From Afipia sp. (GTDB lineage Bacteria > Pseudomonadota > Alphaproteobacteria > Rhizobiales > Xanthobacteraceae): 54,573 nt of DNA. Under the pieces are notes generated by a model. The model worked only from the letters and a program-made list of their open reading frames with translations, did not search any database and was not told the DNA's origin. The translations under genes and the position numbers were made by a program. Below are positions 19,306 through 28,175 of this stretch, piece after piece; position 1 is the stretch's first letter, and each line of letters begins with the position of its first letter. The DNA lies in contig JAYVYQ010000071.1 of NCBI GenBank assembly GCA_043784125.1, forward strand, positions 1-54,573. Direction: 5' to 3'.

Positions 19306-20481
19306 TTAACCGGCGAGTTGCGTCTCGACCAGCCTGATCCAGTATGACGAGCCGTAAACGATAGCGTCATCGTTGAAGTTGTAGGACGGGTGATGAAGCC
19401 CCGCACTTTCGCCATTGCCGATGAAAATGAAAGCGCCGGGCCGTGCTTCCAGCATATAGGCGAAATCTTCCGCGCCCATCACGGGGGGAATATCGAGACT
19501 GACATTGGCGTCGCCCGAAATCTCGGTCGCAATTTTCGCCGCGATTTCAGTCTGCTCGGCGTGATTGACCAGTACCGGATAACTGCGCTCGTAATTCAGC
19601 GTGATCTTGGAACCCGTCAGTTTTGCTACGCCCTCGCAGACTTCATTGACGCGCTGCTCGATCAGATCGCGCACTTCGGCGGTCAGCGAGCGCGCGGTTC
19701 CCTCGAGCCGCGCGGTCTGCGGGATCACATTGTTGGTGTTGCCCGCGTGAAAGACGCACATCGAAATCACGGCTGCATCGAGAGGATCGACGCTCCGCGA
19801 AACGATAGACTGCAAGGCAACTACAAGCTGCGCACCAACGAGAACCGAATCGATGCTCTTGTGCGGACGCGCCGCGTGACCGCCGACGCCCTCGATATGA
19901 ATCTTGATGTGATCGGTCGCCGCCATCGCGGGCCCGACACGCGTCGCAAATGTCCCGATCGCCATGCCGGGTGAATTGTGCATGCCGTACACCTGATCGA
20001 TCTTGAAACGGTCCATCAACCCGTCCTCGATCATCGCGGCGGCACCCGCACCGCCTTCTTCCGCCGGTTGAAAAATCATGATCGCATCGCCCGCGAAATT
20101 CCGCGTCTCGGCGAGGTAACGCGCGGCACCCAACAACATCGCGGTGTGGCCGTCATGGCCGCAGGCGTGCATCTTGCCGGGAACGGTGGAGCGATAGGCA
20201 ACGCCGGTTTCTTCCTCGATGGGCAGCGCGTCCATATCGGCGCGCAGGCCGATGGCCTTGAGGTCGCCGCCATTGACCTTCTTGCGGCCCTTGATGACTC
20301 CGACCACGCCGGTGCGCCCCATGCCGGTGACGACTTCGTCGCAGCCGAATTCACGCAGACGATCCGCCACGAATGCCGCAGTGCGATGCACGTCATACAT
20401 CAGTTCGGGGTGTGCATGCAGTTCGCGGCGCCAGCCCATGATGTCGGGTTGCAGATCGGCGACGCGATTGACGATGGCCAT
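19306..20481 (-). CDS. M20D amidohydrolase (hippurate hydrolase/aminoacylase-like)
   Basis: RRELHAHPEL, LRADMDALP, MHACGHDGH, FQPAEE, MGAEDF, LHHP. Confidence 0.93.
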   Translation of the reverse strand: MAIVNRVADLQPDIMGWRRELHAHPELMYDVHRTAAFVADRLREFGCDEVVTGMGRTGVVGVIKGRKKVNGGDLKAIGLRADMDALPIEEETGVAYRSTVPGKMHACGHDGHTAMLLGAARYLAETRNFAGDAIMIFQPAEEGGAGAAAMIEDGLMDRFKIDQVYGMHNSPGMAIGTFATRVGPAMAATDHIKIHIEGVGGHAARPHKSIDSVLVGAQLVVALQSIVSRSVDPLDAAVISMCVFHAGNTNNVIPQTARLEGTARSLTAEVRDLIEQRVNEVCEGVAKLTGSKITLNYERSYPVLVNHAEQTEIAAKIATEISGDANVSLDIPPVMGAEDFAYMLEARPGAFIFIGNGESAGLHHPSYNFNDDAIVYGSSYWIRLVETQLAG

Positions 20482-20617
20482 TGGGAAAATCTCACGCTGG
20501 GCGGACTGAGGTGCGCGACGTTAGCATGGCCCTGCCGCTGCCCCAATATACCAACTTGCGAAAGGACCGCCAAAGGCCATAAACCGGCAGAAACGCTGCA
20601 AAGAAACGGACAGGGAT

Positions 20618-22243
20618 ATGGTGACGCGTCTCGAAGGAGAATTCGATTACATCGTGGTGGGTGCCGGCACCGCAGGGTGCATTGTCGCCAATCGGCTGTC
20701 GGCCGATCCATCGAAGCGCGTTCTCATTCTCGAGGCCGGCGGCAAGGACAACTGGATCTGGTTTCATATTCCGGTCGGCTATCTGTTCGCCATCGGCAAT
20801 CCGCGCTCGGACTGGATGTTCAAGACCGAACCGGAAGCCGGTCTCAACGGTCGCGCTTTATCTTATCCGCGCGGCAAGGTGATCGGCGGCTCATCAGCGA
20901 TCAACGCGATGATCTCGATGCGCGGCCAATCTGCGGATTACGATCATTGGCGGCAACTCGGCCTGAAAGGCTGGGGTTGGGACGATGTGCTGCCGGCGTT
21001 CAAGCAACTCGAAGACCATTTCCTCGGTGACAGCGAACATCACGGCACCGGCGGCGGCTGGCGCATTGAAGCACCGCGCCTGTCATGGCCGGTGCTGGAT
21101 GCAGTGGCGAATGCGGCCGAAGAAATGGGAATTCGCCGCGTGTCGGATTTCAACACCGGCAACAACGAAGGCGTCGGATATTTTCATGTCAACCAGAAGC
21201 GCGGGCGGCGCTGGTCCGCCGCGCGCGGATTTCTCAAGCCCGCATTGTCGCGAAAAAATCTGCGGCTGGAAACCAATGTGCTGGTCGATAAACTCATCGT
21301 CGAGAATGGCCGCGCCGTCGGCGTGCGCTTTTCGCAAGGCGGCGAGACCATCGAAGCGCGGACGAAGGGCGAAGTCATTTTATGCGCAGGTTCGATCGGG
21401 TCGGTGCAGGTGCTGCATCGCTCCGGCATCGGGCCGCAGGAATGGCTATCGCCGCTCGGCATTGAGCCTGTGCTGGACCGCCAGGGTGTCGGACGAAATT
21501 TACAGGATCACCTGCAGCAGCGCGCCATCTATAAAGTGGAAGGCGTGCGCACCCTGAACGAAACCTATTACAACCTGCTGCGGCGCGGCTGGATGGGCAT
21601 CGATTACGCGTTACGCCGCAGAGGCCCGCTCACGATGGCCCCTTCGCAATTGGGAATCTTCACGCGCTCCGATCCGCATCGGGAACGCGCCAACATCCAG
21701 TTTCATGTTCAGCCGCTGTCGCTGGATAAATTCGGAGATCCACTGCATCGCTTTCCGGCCATCACCATCAGCGCCTGCAATCTGCGCCCGACGTCGCGCG
21801 GCACCGTGCGCATTACATCCGATGGAGCAAACGAGAAGCCCAGCATCGCGCCGAATTATCTTTCCACAAGTGAGGACCGCGAGGTCGCCGCCGACGCCAT
21901 TCGCGTCACGCGCAAACTGATGAAGCAGCACGCGCTGGAAAAATATCACCCCGACGAATATCTGCCCGGTCCCTCGGTCGGCGATGACGATGCCTCATTG
22001 GCAAAAGCCGCAGGCGACATCGGCACCACGATCTTCCATCCCGTCGGCACCGCGAAGATGGGTGCCGCGACCGATCCTCTTGCGGTCGTCGATGAGCGTC
22101 TGCGTTTTCACGGAATCAAGGGACTGCGCGTGGTCGATGCCTCGGTGATGCCAACGATCACATCGGGAAATACAAACACGCCGACCGCGATGATCGCGCA
22201 CAAGGGCGCGGCGATGATTGTCGATGACGCAAAGTCGGCTTAA
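20618..22243 (+). CDS. GMC oxidoreductase (choline dehydrogenase-like flavoprotein)
   Basis: GAGTAG, RGKVIGGSSAIN, GRNLQDH, FHPVGT, GNTN. Confidence 0.93.
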   Translation: MVTRLEGEFDYIVVGAGTAGCIVANRLSADPSKRVLILEAGGKDNWIWFHIPVGYLFAIGNPRSDWMFKTEPEAGLNGRALSYPRGKVIGGSSAINAMISMRGQSADYDHWRQLGLKGWGWDDVLPAFKQLEDHFLGDSEHHGTGGGWRIEAPRLSWPVLDAVANAAEEMGIRRVSDFNTGNNEGVGYFHVNQKRGRRWSAARGFLKPALSRKNLRLETNVLVDKLIVENGRAVGVRFSQGGETIEARTKGEVILCAGSIGSVQVLHRSGIGPQEWLSPLGIEPVLDRQGVGRNLQDHLQQRAIYKVEGVRTLNETYYNLLRRGWMGIDYALRRRGPLTMAPSQLGIFTRSDPHRERANIQFHVQPLSLDKFGDPLHRFPAITISACNLRPTSRGTVRITSDGANEKPSIAPNYLSTSEDREVAADAIRVTRKLMKQHALEKYHPDEYLPGPSVGDDDASLAKAAGDIGTTIFHPVGTAKMGAATDPLAVVDERLRFHGIKGLRVVDASVMPTITSGNTNTPTAMIAHKGAAMIVDDAKSA

Positions 22244-23796
22244 GGCCTCGTCGCGAAATGCGCGACGCCCGGGATTCGCAGCGGTTCGGCCAGCCGCGCG
22301 AACTCACACAACAATGTACGCGTCTTGCGCGGATCGATAATTTCCTCGACCCAGAATTTCTCCGCCGAGCGAAACGGCGAACGCAATTTATTCAGTCGCT
22401 CGTCGATGGCTTTGCGCTCAGCGACCGGATCGTCCGCCGCCGCGATGTCCGCACGATAGGCCGCCTCGATGCCGCCTTCGAGCGGCAACGATCCCCAATA
22501 ACCGGACGGCCAAGCATAACGCATCGAGAACCGTCCGGCCGGTTGATGCACCACACCGGCCACACCGAACGAATTGCGCACGATGATCGTACACCATGGG
22601 ACTGTCGTCTGATTGACCGCCGCCATCGCACGCACGCCATGCTTGATGGTGGCGGCTTTTTCCGCGTCGAGCCCGATCATGAATCCGGGGCAATCCATCA
22701 GATAGACAATCGGCAGATGGAATGTTTCGGCGAGATCGACGTAACGCACGACCTTCTGGCACGCTTCAGCCGTCCATGAGCCGCCATAGATAAAGGGATC
22801 GCTGGCGAGCAACATCACGGCGCGGCCTTCAAGTCGCGCAAAGCCTGCGATGATCGAGCGGCCGAAATTCGCGCTCATCTCGAAGAACGACCCCTTATCG
22901 ACGACAGATTCGATAATGGGCCGCATTTTGTAGACCTGCTTGCGGCTTCGCGGCACGACATTGAGCAACGCCTCGTCGGTGCGTTCCGGATCGTCATCGC
23001 AAGCAATGGTCGGCGGAAGCTCGAACACGGATGGCGGCAGATACGACAGAAAGCGTCGCGCGCATTCAAACGTCTCCTCCTCGGTATCGACCGCATGATC
23101 GACGCCGCCCGCGCGCGTTTGAATCTGCCATCCGCCAAGTTCCTGCTTGTCGAGCTTCTGTCCAAGTGCCGCGACAACTGGCGGACCCGCGACAAACATC
23201 GCCGATGTTTTCGTCATCACCGAATAATGCGAGGCTGCAAGCCGCGCCGCACCCAATCCCGCAACCGAACCAAGACCGAGACCGACGACTGGCACACGCG
23301 CGAGATTTGCGGTCGTGAACCAGTACCATTCGGTGCCGCCGATGCCGCCGGGAAGATTTGCTGCGCCCTTAGTCTCGATGGTTTTCACCGAGCCGCCGCC
23401 GCCGGAGCCTTCGATCACGCGAATGATCGGCAGCCGAAAATCATGCGCCATCTGTTCGGCCATCGTCGGCTTGGCCGAGATCGACGCATCCGCCGAGCCG
23501 CCGCGCACCGTGAAGTCGTCGCCGACCACCACAATGGGGCGGCCCTCAATCTTGCCGCGGCCGAACACGCAATTCGCAGGCGTCAGCATTGTCAGCTCAC
23601 CTGCGTCGTCATATTCCCCGACGCCCGCGACTGCACCCATTTCATGAAAACTGCCGCTATCGACAAGCCCATCGATACGCTCGCGAACCGTCAGACGACC
23701 CTGATCGTGCTGGCGCTTGACCTTGTCGGCTCCGCCCATCTGCTTTGCGAAGGCTTCACGCCGCGCAAGTTCGTCGAGTTCGGGCTTCCAGATCAT
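22240..23796 (-). CDS. Acyl-CoA carboxylase/decarboxylase carboxyltransferase subunit
   Basis: QHDQGRLTVRERI, DFTVRGGS, MFVAGPPVV, DCPGFMIG, EIIDPRKTR; GGAG RBS before ATG 23796. Confidence 0.9.
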   Translation of the reverse strand: MIWKPELDELARREAFAKQMGGADKVKRQHDQGRLTVRERIDGLVDSGSFHEMGAVAGVGEYDDAGELTMLTPANCVFGRGKIEGRPIVVVGDDFTVRGGSADASISAKPTMAEQMAHDFRLPIIRVIEGSGGGGSVKTIETKGAANLPGGIGGTEWYWFTTANLARVPVVGLGLGSVAGLGAARLAASHYSVMTKTSAMFVAGPPVVAALGQKLDKQELGGWQIQTRAGGVDHAVDTEEETFECARRFLSYLPPSVFELPPTIACDDDPERTDEALLNVVPRSRKQVYKMRPIIESVVDKGSFFEMSANFGRSIIAGFARLEGRAVMLLASDPFIYGGSWTAEACQKVVRYVDLAETFHLPIVYLMDCPGFMIGLDAEKAATIKHGVRAMAAVNQTTVPWCTIIVRNSFGVAGVVHQPAGRFSMRYAWPSGYWGSLPLEGGIEAAYRADIAAADDPVAERKAIDERLNKLRSPFRSAEKFWVEEIIDPRKTRTLLCEFARLAEPLRIPGVAHFATRP

Positions 23797-23966
23797 TGCC
23801 TGCTCCGTTTGGATTGCGCCGTGCAGCGCAAGCCGCCGTTTTTCATTCAGCTTGTACGAAATGAATTTCCTCTTGCGGACCACGCTACCCCGCGCAATCT
23901 TTCGCCACAACATCGGGCTGCACACGACGATTGGCCGCCAATGACGCAATGCACGCGGAGAATGTG

Positions 23967-24188
23967 ATGGCCGAGGTCAAGCTCACGACGGAAGTCGCCG
24001 GACGCATCTGCGCCATTCTGACCAGCGCAGGCGCAACCATCAGCAAGGACGATGACATTGCCGTGGTGGAAGCCATGAAGATGGAGATACCGGTTTCGTC
24101 CTCTGCCGCCGGACGGATCACGTCGATCCTTGTCGCCGTCGACGATGTCGTCGTGGAAGGTCAGGTCGTCGCCATTCTGGAAACGTGA
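23967..24188 (+). CDS. Stand-alone biotin carboxyl carrier protein
   Basis: 73 aa biotinyl domain with EAMKMEIPV; GGAG RBS. Confidence 0.88.
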   Translation: MAEVKLTTEVAGRICAILTSAGATISKDDDIAVVEAMKMEIPVSSSAAGRITSILVAVDDVVVEGQVVAILET

Positions 24189-24304
24189 GCGCCGCACACG
24201 AGCGCGACAAACTGTCTTGCTATCTGTCTTGCCCTAAATCGCGACGGCGCAGACGTTGCGCTGCTGCGAATGCGGTGACATGATCCGGCAAAATACAAAA
24301 CGCA

Positions 24305-24319
24305 TTTCGCACAGCGAAA
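24305..24319. promoter_or_regulatory. Palindromic operator candidate TTTCGC-ACA-GCGAAA (IclR-family-like)
   Basis: Perfect 6-3-6 inverted repeat 20 nt upstream of the TAXI gene start. Confidence 0.5.
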
Positions 24320-24339
24320 GCATCTGGGAGGATTTGGTC

Positions 24340-25500
24340 ATGACGCGACGCATCCACACGCTTGCCGTAATTTCTGTTGCCGCCGCAGCGTTGGCAGCAT
24401 CCGGCGCAATCGCGCAAGACGTGAAGCTGCCATCGACACTGACCTTCACGGCCTACGACACCGGCACATCGGGATTCAACATCGCCGTCGGCGTCGGCAA
24501 GATGATGAAAGACAAATACAACGCCGATGTCCGCGTGCTTCCGGCGGGTAACGATGTCGCGCGCCTCGCACCTTTGCGCGCGGGTCGCGCGGTGCTGGCA
24601 TGGATGGGCACAGGCGTTTACTTCGCGCAGGAAGGCGTTTTCGAATTTGGCGTCAAGGAATGGGGACCGCAGCCGCTGCAGCTCACATTGTCGACGGTCG
24701 ACTGCAACGGATTGTCGGTCGGCGTTGCCAAGGATGCAGGCGTCAAGGAATGGAAGGACTTCAAAGGCAAGCGGCTCGGCTTCGTGGTCGGCTCGCCTGC
24801 CCTTAACCAAAACGCGCTGGCGATCATCGCCTATGGCGGCCTGACCAAGAACGATGTGAAAGCAGTCGAATTCGCAAGTTACGGCGCGATGTGGAAGGGC
24901 ATGGTCAACAACGATGTCGATGGCGCGTTCGCCTCCACCGTGACGGGTCCGGCCAAGGAAGTGGAAACGTCGCCGCGCGGCATTGTGTGGCCTGAGCTTC
25001 CGCCGGAAGACAAGGAGGCGTGGGCGCGCGTGCAGAAAGTCGGCGCGTTCTTCAAGCCCTACGAAGTGACGTGCGGAGCCGGCATCGACAAATCCAAACC
25101 GCTCAAGCTTGCAACCTATCCCTACCCTATCGCATCGACCTACGCCAAACAGCCGGTCGATGAAGTTTATGCGCTGACGAAGTCGATGATCGACGGATAC
25201 GAATTGTACAAAGATTCATCGCCGGGCGCCTCCGGCCTCGAGGCCAAGCGTCAGACGACCCAGTGGGTGGTGCCATATCACGCCGGTGCTGTGAAAGCGC
25301 TGAAGGAAGCCGGCAACTGGTCTGCTGCGGATGAAGACCATAACAACGCGCTGTTGAAACGTCAGGACGTTCTTGCCGCTGCATGGACATCCTACAACAC
25401 GGCAAGCGCGCCGGCCGAGCCTGACAAGTTCCTCGCCGGCTGGATGACCGCGCGCGGTGCTGCGCTGGCAAAAGCAAACATGTTGAACGGATTCGAATAA
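24340..25500 (+). CDS. TAXI-family TRAP transporter solute-binding protein
   Basis: Signal peptide AIA-Q; GTSG, VRVLPAGNDVARL, VVPYHAGAVKALKEAG; upstream of a fused permease. Confidence 0.88.
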   Translation: MTRRIHTLAVISVAAAALAASGAIAQDVKLPSTLTFTAYDTGTSGFNIAVGVGKMMKDKYNADVRVLPAGNDVARLAPLRAGRAVLAWMGTGVYFAQEGVFEFGVKEWGPQPLQLTLSTVDCNGLSVGVAKDAGVKEWKDFKGKRLGFVVGSPALNQNALAIIAYGGLTKNDVKAVEFASYGAMWKGMVNNDVDGAFASTVTGPAKEVETSPRGIVWPELPPEDKEAWARVQKVGAFFKPYEVTCGAGIDKSKPLKLATYPYPIASTYAKQPVDEVYALTKSMIDGYELYKDSSPGASGLEAKRQTTQWVVPYHAGAVKALKEAGNWSAADEDHNNALLKRQDVLAAAWTSYNTASAPAEPDKFLAGWMTARGAALAKANMLNGFE

Positions 25501-25553
25501 GCGACCGCTTGGCTCGCCGACGTCAACCATCGCGGCCGTGAACGGGATTTCGC

Positions 25554-27656
25554 ATGTCTTCATCGCCAGATAATTCACCACATACGGCGGCCGTCTCGGC
25601 CGCCGTCATTGCGGCGGCTGAAAAGAGAGTCGTATTCGACGATCCGCATGCCGGCGTCGGCGGCCTTCAGGAAGCCGAGGTCACCCGCGTCCGCGCGTTG
25701 AAAGGCGGATGGCGCTGGGGCCTTATCGTCGCAACGGCGGTGACCATCTTGCTTTGCATCAACCAGCAATTCTCGCTGCGCTTCTTCATCGACTACACCC
25801 AACTCAACACGGAATATTTTTACCTGCTCATCGCATTGATGCTGCCGTTTACGTTTCTGATTTTCCCAGGAACCGAGAGCGCGCCGCTCGATCGCATCCC
25901 GTGGTATGATGCGGTTCTGTTCGTCGCGACGTTTGCGTCCGCCATTTTTCTAATGATGAACATTCGCAAAGCCGCGCAACTCGGCTGGGAATATGCCGGC
26001 GCGCCCCCATCCATCATCGCCGGCGGCCTCGTGATGTGGGCTGTGCTGATGGAGGCTTTGCGGCGCACGGGCGGCTGGAGCCTTTTGTTGAGCGTCTTGC
26101 CGTTCACCGTGTATCCGCTGTTTGCGGAAGCATCGTGGTTAGGGCCGTTTCGCGGCAGCCAGTCCACACTCGAAGGCGCCACCGCCTATCACGTGCTCTC
26201 CGGTGAAAGCCTGCTCGGCATTCCCATTCAGGCGTTCGCCGACACCGTGATCGGGTTTCTGGTGTTCGGCACGGCACTCATGATGACGGGTGCGGGGAAA
26301 TTCTTCATCAACATCGCATTTGCACTGTGCGGCACCTTCCGTGGCGGCGCTGCGAAGGTCTGTATTTTTGCCAGCGGGCTTCTCGGCATGATGTCGGGCT
26401 CGATCATCTCCAACGTGCTGACCGCCGGCACCATGACAATTCCCGTGATGAAGAAAAGCGGCTTCCGCGCGTCCTATGCGGCCGCCATCGAAGCCTGCGC
26501 ATCGACAGGTGCCGTGCTGGCGCCGCCCGTGATGGGCGCAACCGCATTCGTCATCGCCCAATTCCTCAACATCAGTTACGCGGAAGTTGCGGTCGCCGCG
26601 ATCATCCCTGCGGCACTTTATTATCTTGGGCTGTTCATGCAGGTGGACGCCTACGCCGCACGTCATGGCCTCGCGGGCATTCCACGGTCCGAACTTCCAA
26701 AAATCTGGGACACGATCAAGGACGGCTGGTTCTACATCTTCGTCATCGTGCTTCTGGTCGTGATGCTGCTTTACTTCAAACGCGAAAGCCAGGCGCCGTT
26801 CTATGCAACTGCGCTGCTTCTGGTCTTGAACCAGTTGTTTTCGAAAGACACGCGCTGGACGTTGCAGACGATCAACAAATTCCTTGAGGTCAACGGACGC
26901 ACCTTCGTCGAACTCATCGGCATTCTCGCAGGCTGCGGACTTCTGATCGGCGCGTTCTCGATGACCGGCGTCGTCTCGAGTCTCGCCAACGACCTTTTGA
27001 GAATCGCCGGTGACAACGCATTCATGCTGTTGTTCATGTGCGCGTTTACGAGCCTCGTGCTCGGTCTCGGACTGACGACGACGGCCTGCTACATCTTCCT
27101 TGCCATTCTGGTCGCGCCTGCGCTTGAGAAAGTCGGCCTCAACAAGATGGCCGTCCACATGTTCATCTTCTATTGGGGCATGCTGTCGTCGATCACGCCG
27201 CCCGTTGCGATTGCATCCTTTGCGGCGGCAGGAATCGCAGGCTCACCCGCGATGAAGACCGGATGGGAATCGATGTGGGTCGGCAGCATCATCTACTTCA
27301 TTCCATTCTTCTTCGTGCTCAATCCGGCGCTGGTGCTGCAGGGTGACAATCCCTATTTCGAGGCGCTCGGCCTGATGCTGCTTGCGGGAATCGGAACGCT
27401 GTTCATCTGCGGCGGCATTCAGGGCTATCAGGCTTTCGTCGGTGACCTTCGCAGGACGGGACTAATGGAATGGCCGTTGCGGATGTTGCTGGTGTTGGGT
27501 GGATTCGTCATCGCGACACCGGGCGGCGGTATCATGCCGATTTCGGAAATCCAGATCGTGCTGCTCGGATTGGCGATCCTCATTCCCGCTGTTGTTGTCG
27601 CTGTCGCGTTGATACGGCGCAGCGCGCTGGTTCCGTCGTCATCGCGGGTTCGCTGA
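25554..27656 (+). CDS. TRAP transporter fused 4TM/12TM permease
   Basis: RGGAAKV, GMMSGS, EACASTG..APPVMGA, LGLGL, ITPPVA; highly hydrophobic. Confidence 0.92.
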   Translation: MSSSPDNSPHTAAVSAAVIAAAEKRVVFDDPHAGVGGLQEAEVTRVRALKGGWRWGLIVATAVTILLCINQQFSLRFFIDYTQLNTEYFYLLIALMLPFTFLIFPGTESAPLDRIPWYDAVLFVATFASAIFLMMNIRKAAQLGWEYAGAPPSIIAGGLVMWAVLMEALRRTGGWSLLLSVLPFTVYPLFAEASWLGPFRGSQSTLEGATAYHVLSGESLLGIPIQAFADTVIGFLVFGTALMMTGAGKFFINIAFALCGTFRGGAAKVCIFASGLLGMMSGSIISNVLTAGTMTIPVMKKSGFRASYAAAIEACASTGAVLAPPVMGATAFVIAQFLNISYAEVAVAAIIPAALYYLGLFMQVDAYAARHGLAGIPRSELPKIWDTIKDGWFYIFVIVLLVVMLLYFKRESQAPFYATALLLVLNQLFSKDTRWTLQTINKFLEVNGRTFVELIGILAGCGLLIGAFSMTGVVSSLANDLLRIAGDNAFMLLFMCAFTSLVLGLGLTTTACYIFLAILVAPALEKVGLNKMAVHMFIFYWGMLSSITPPVAIASFAAAGIAGSPAMKTGWESMWVGSIIYFIPFFFVLNPALVLQGDNPYFEALGLMLLAGIGTLFICGGIQGYQAFVGDLRRTGLMEWPLRMLLVLGGFVIATPGGGIMPISEIQIVLLGLAILIPAVVVAVALIRRSALVPSSSRVR

Positions 27657-27840
27657 ACGCACCGCGTCCTGCGGGCGCGCGTGGTCCCACCGCAAGTGCG
27701 AATTGTGGCGGGCACGCATGCCGTGCCGGCACGACACACCCCGGCTAAAAACGTGAGGAACTATCCACCGTGAAAGTTTTGTGTCTGGCATTCTGGGGAA
27801 GGCTACTTATAGTCCCCCCAACGTCATGCGCTTTTAAGGA

Positions 27841-28086
27841 ATGAAAATGTTGAAATCGCTGCTTGCCGCCACCGTCCTCGTTGTTTCCGTCAGTGGCGCG
27901 TTCGCCCAGACCAATTCCAAGCGCAGTGGCACGGCTGAAGAACAGCGCGCATGCGCGCCCGACGTGTCGCGCCTTTGCCGCGAAGTCATGAACGACAGCG
28001 ACCTCACCGTGCTGGGTTGCCTGAAGGCAAACCGCGCCAAAGTCAGCAACGCCTGCGACAAGGTTCTTGTCAGCAACGGGCAATAA
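27841..28086 (+). CDS. Small secreted four-cysteine protein
   Basis: Signal peptide AFA-Q; GTAEEQRACAPDVSRLC...VLGCLKANRAKVSNAC. Confidence 0.8.
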   Translation: MKMLKSLLAATVLVVSVSGAFAQTNSKRSGTAEEQRACAPDVSRLCREVMNDSDLTVLGCLKANRAKVSNACDKVLVSNGQ

Positions 28087-28175
28087 GCCCTTGCGCGAAG
28101 GCCGCAGCGGCGCGCGACCTTTCATTTCGTTTTAATTTGGTGAAATGCCGGCAGCGTCGATTGCGCTTGCCGGCG

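Noticed and set aside
27757-27778. GGAAC...GTT upstream of the Cys-rich gene as an EcfG promoter
   Set aside because: The spacer is 14 nt, too short for GGAAC-N17-GTT.
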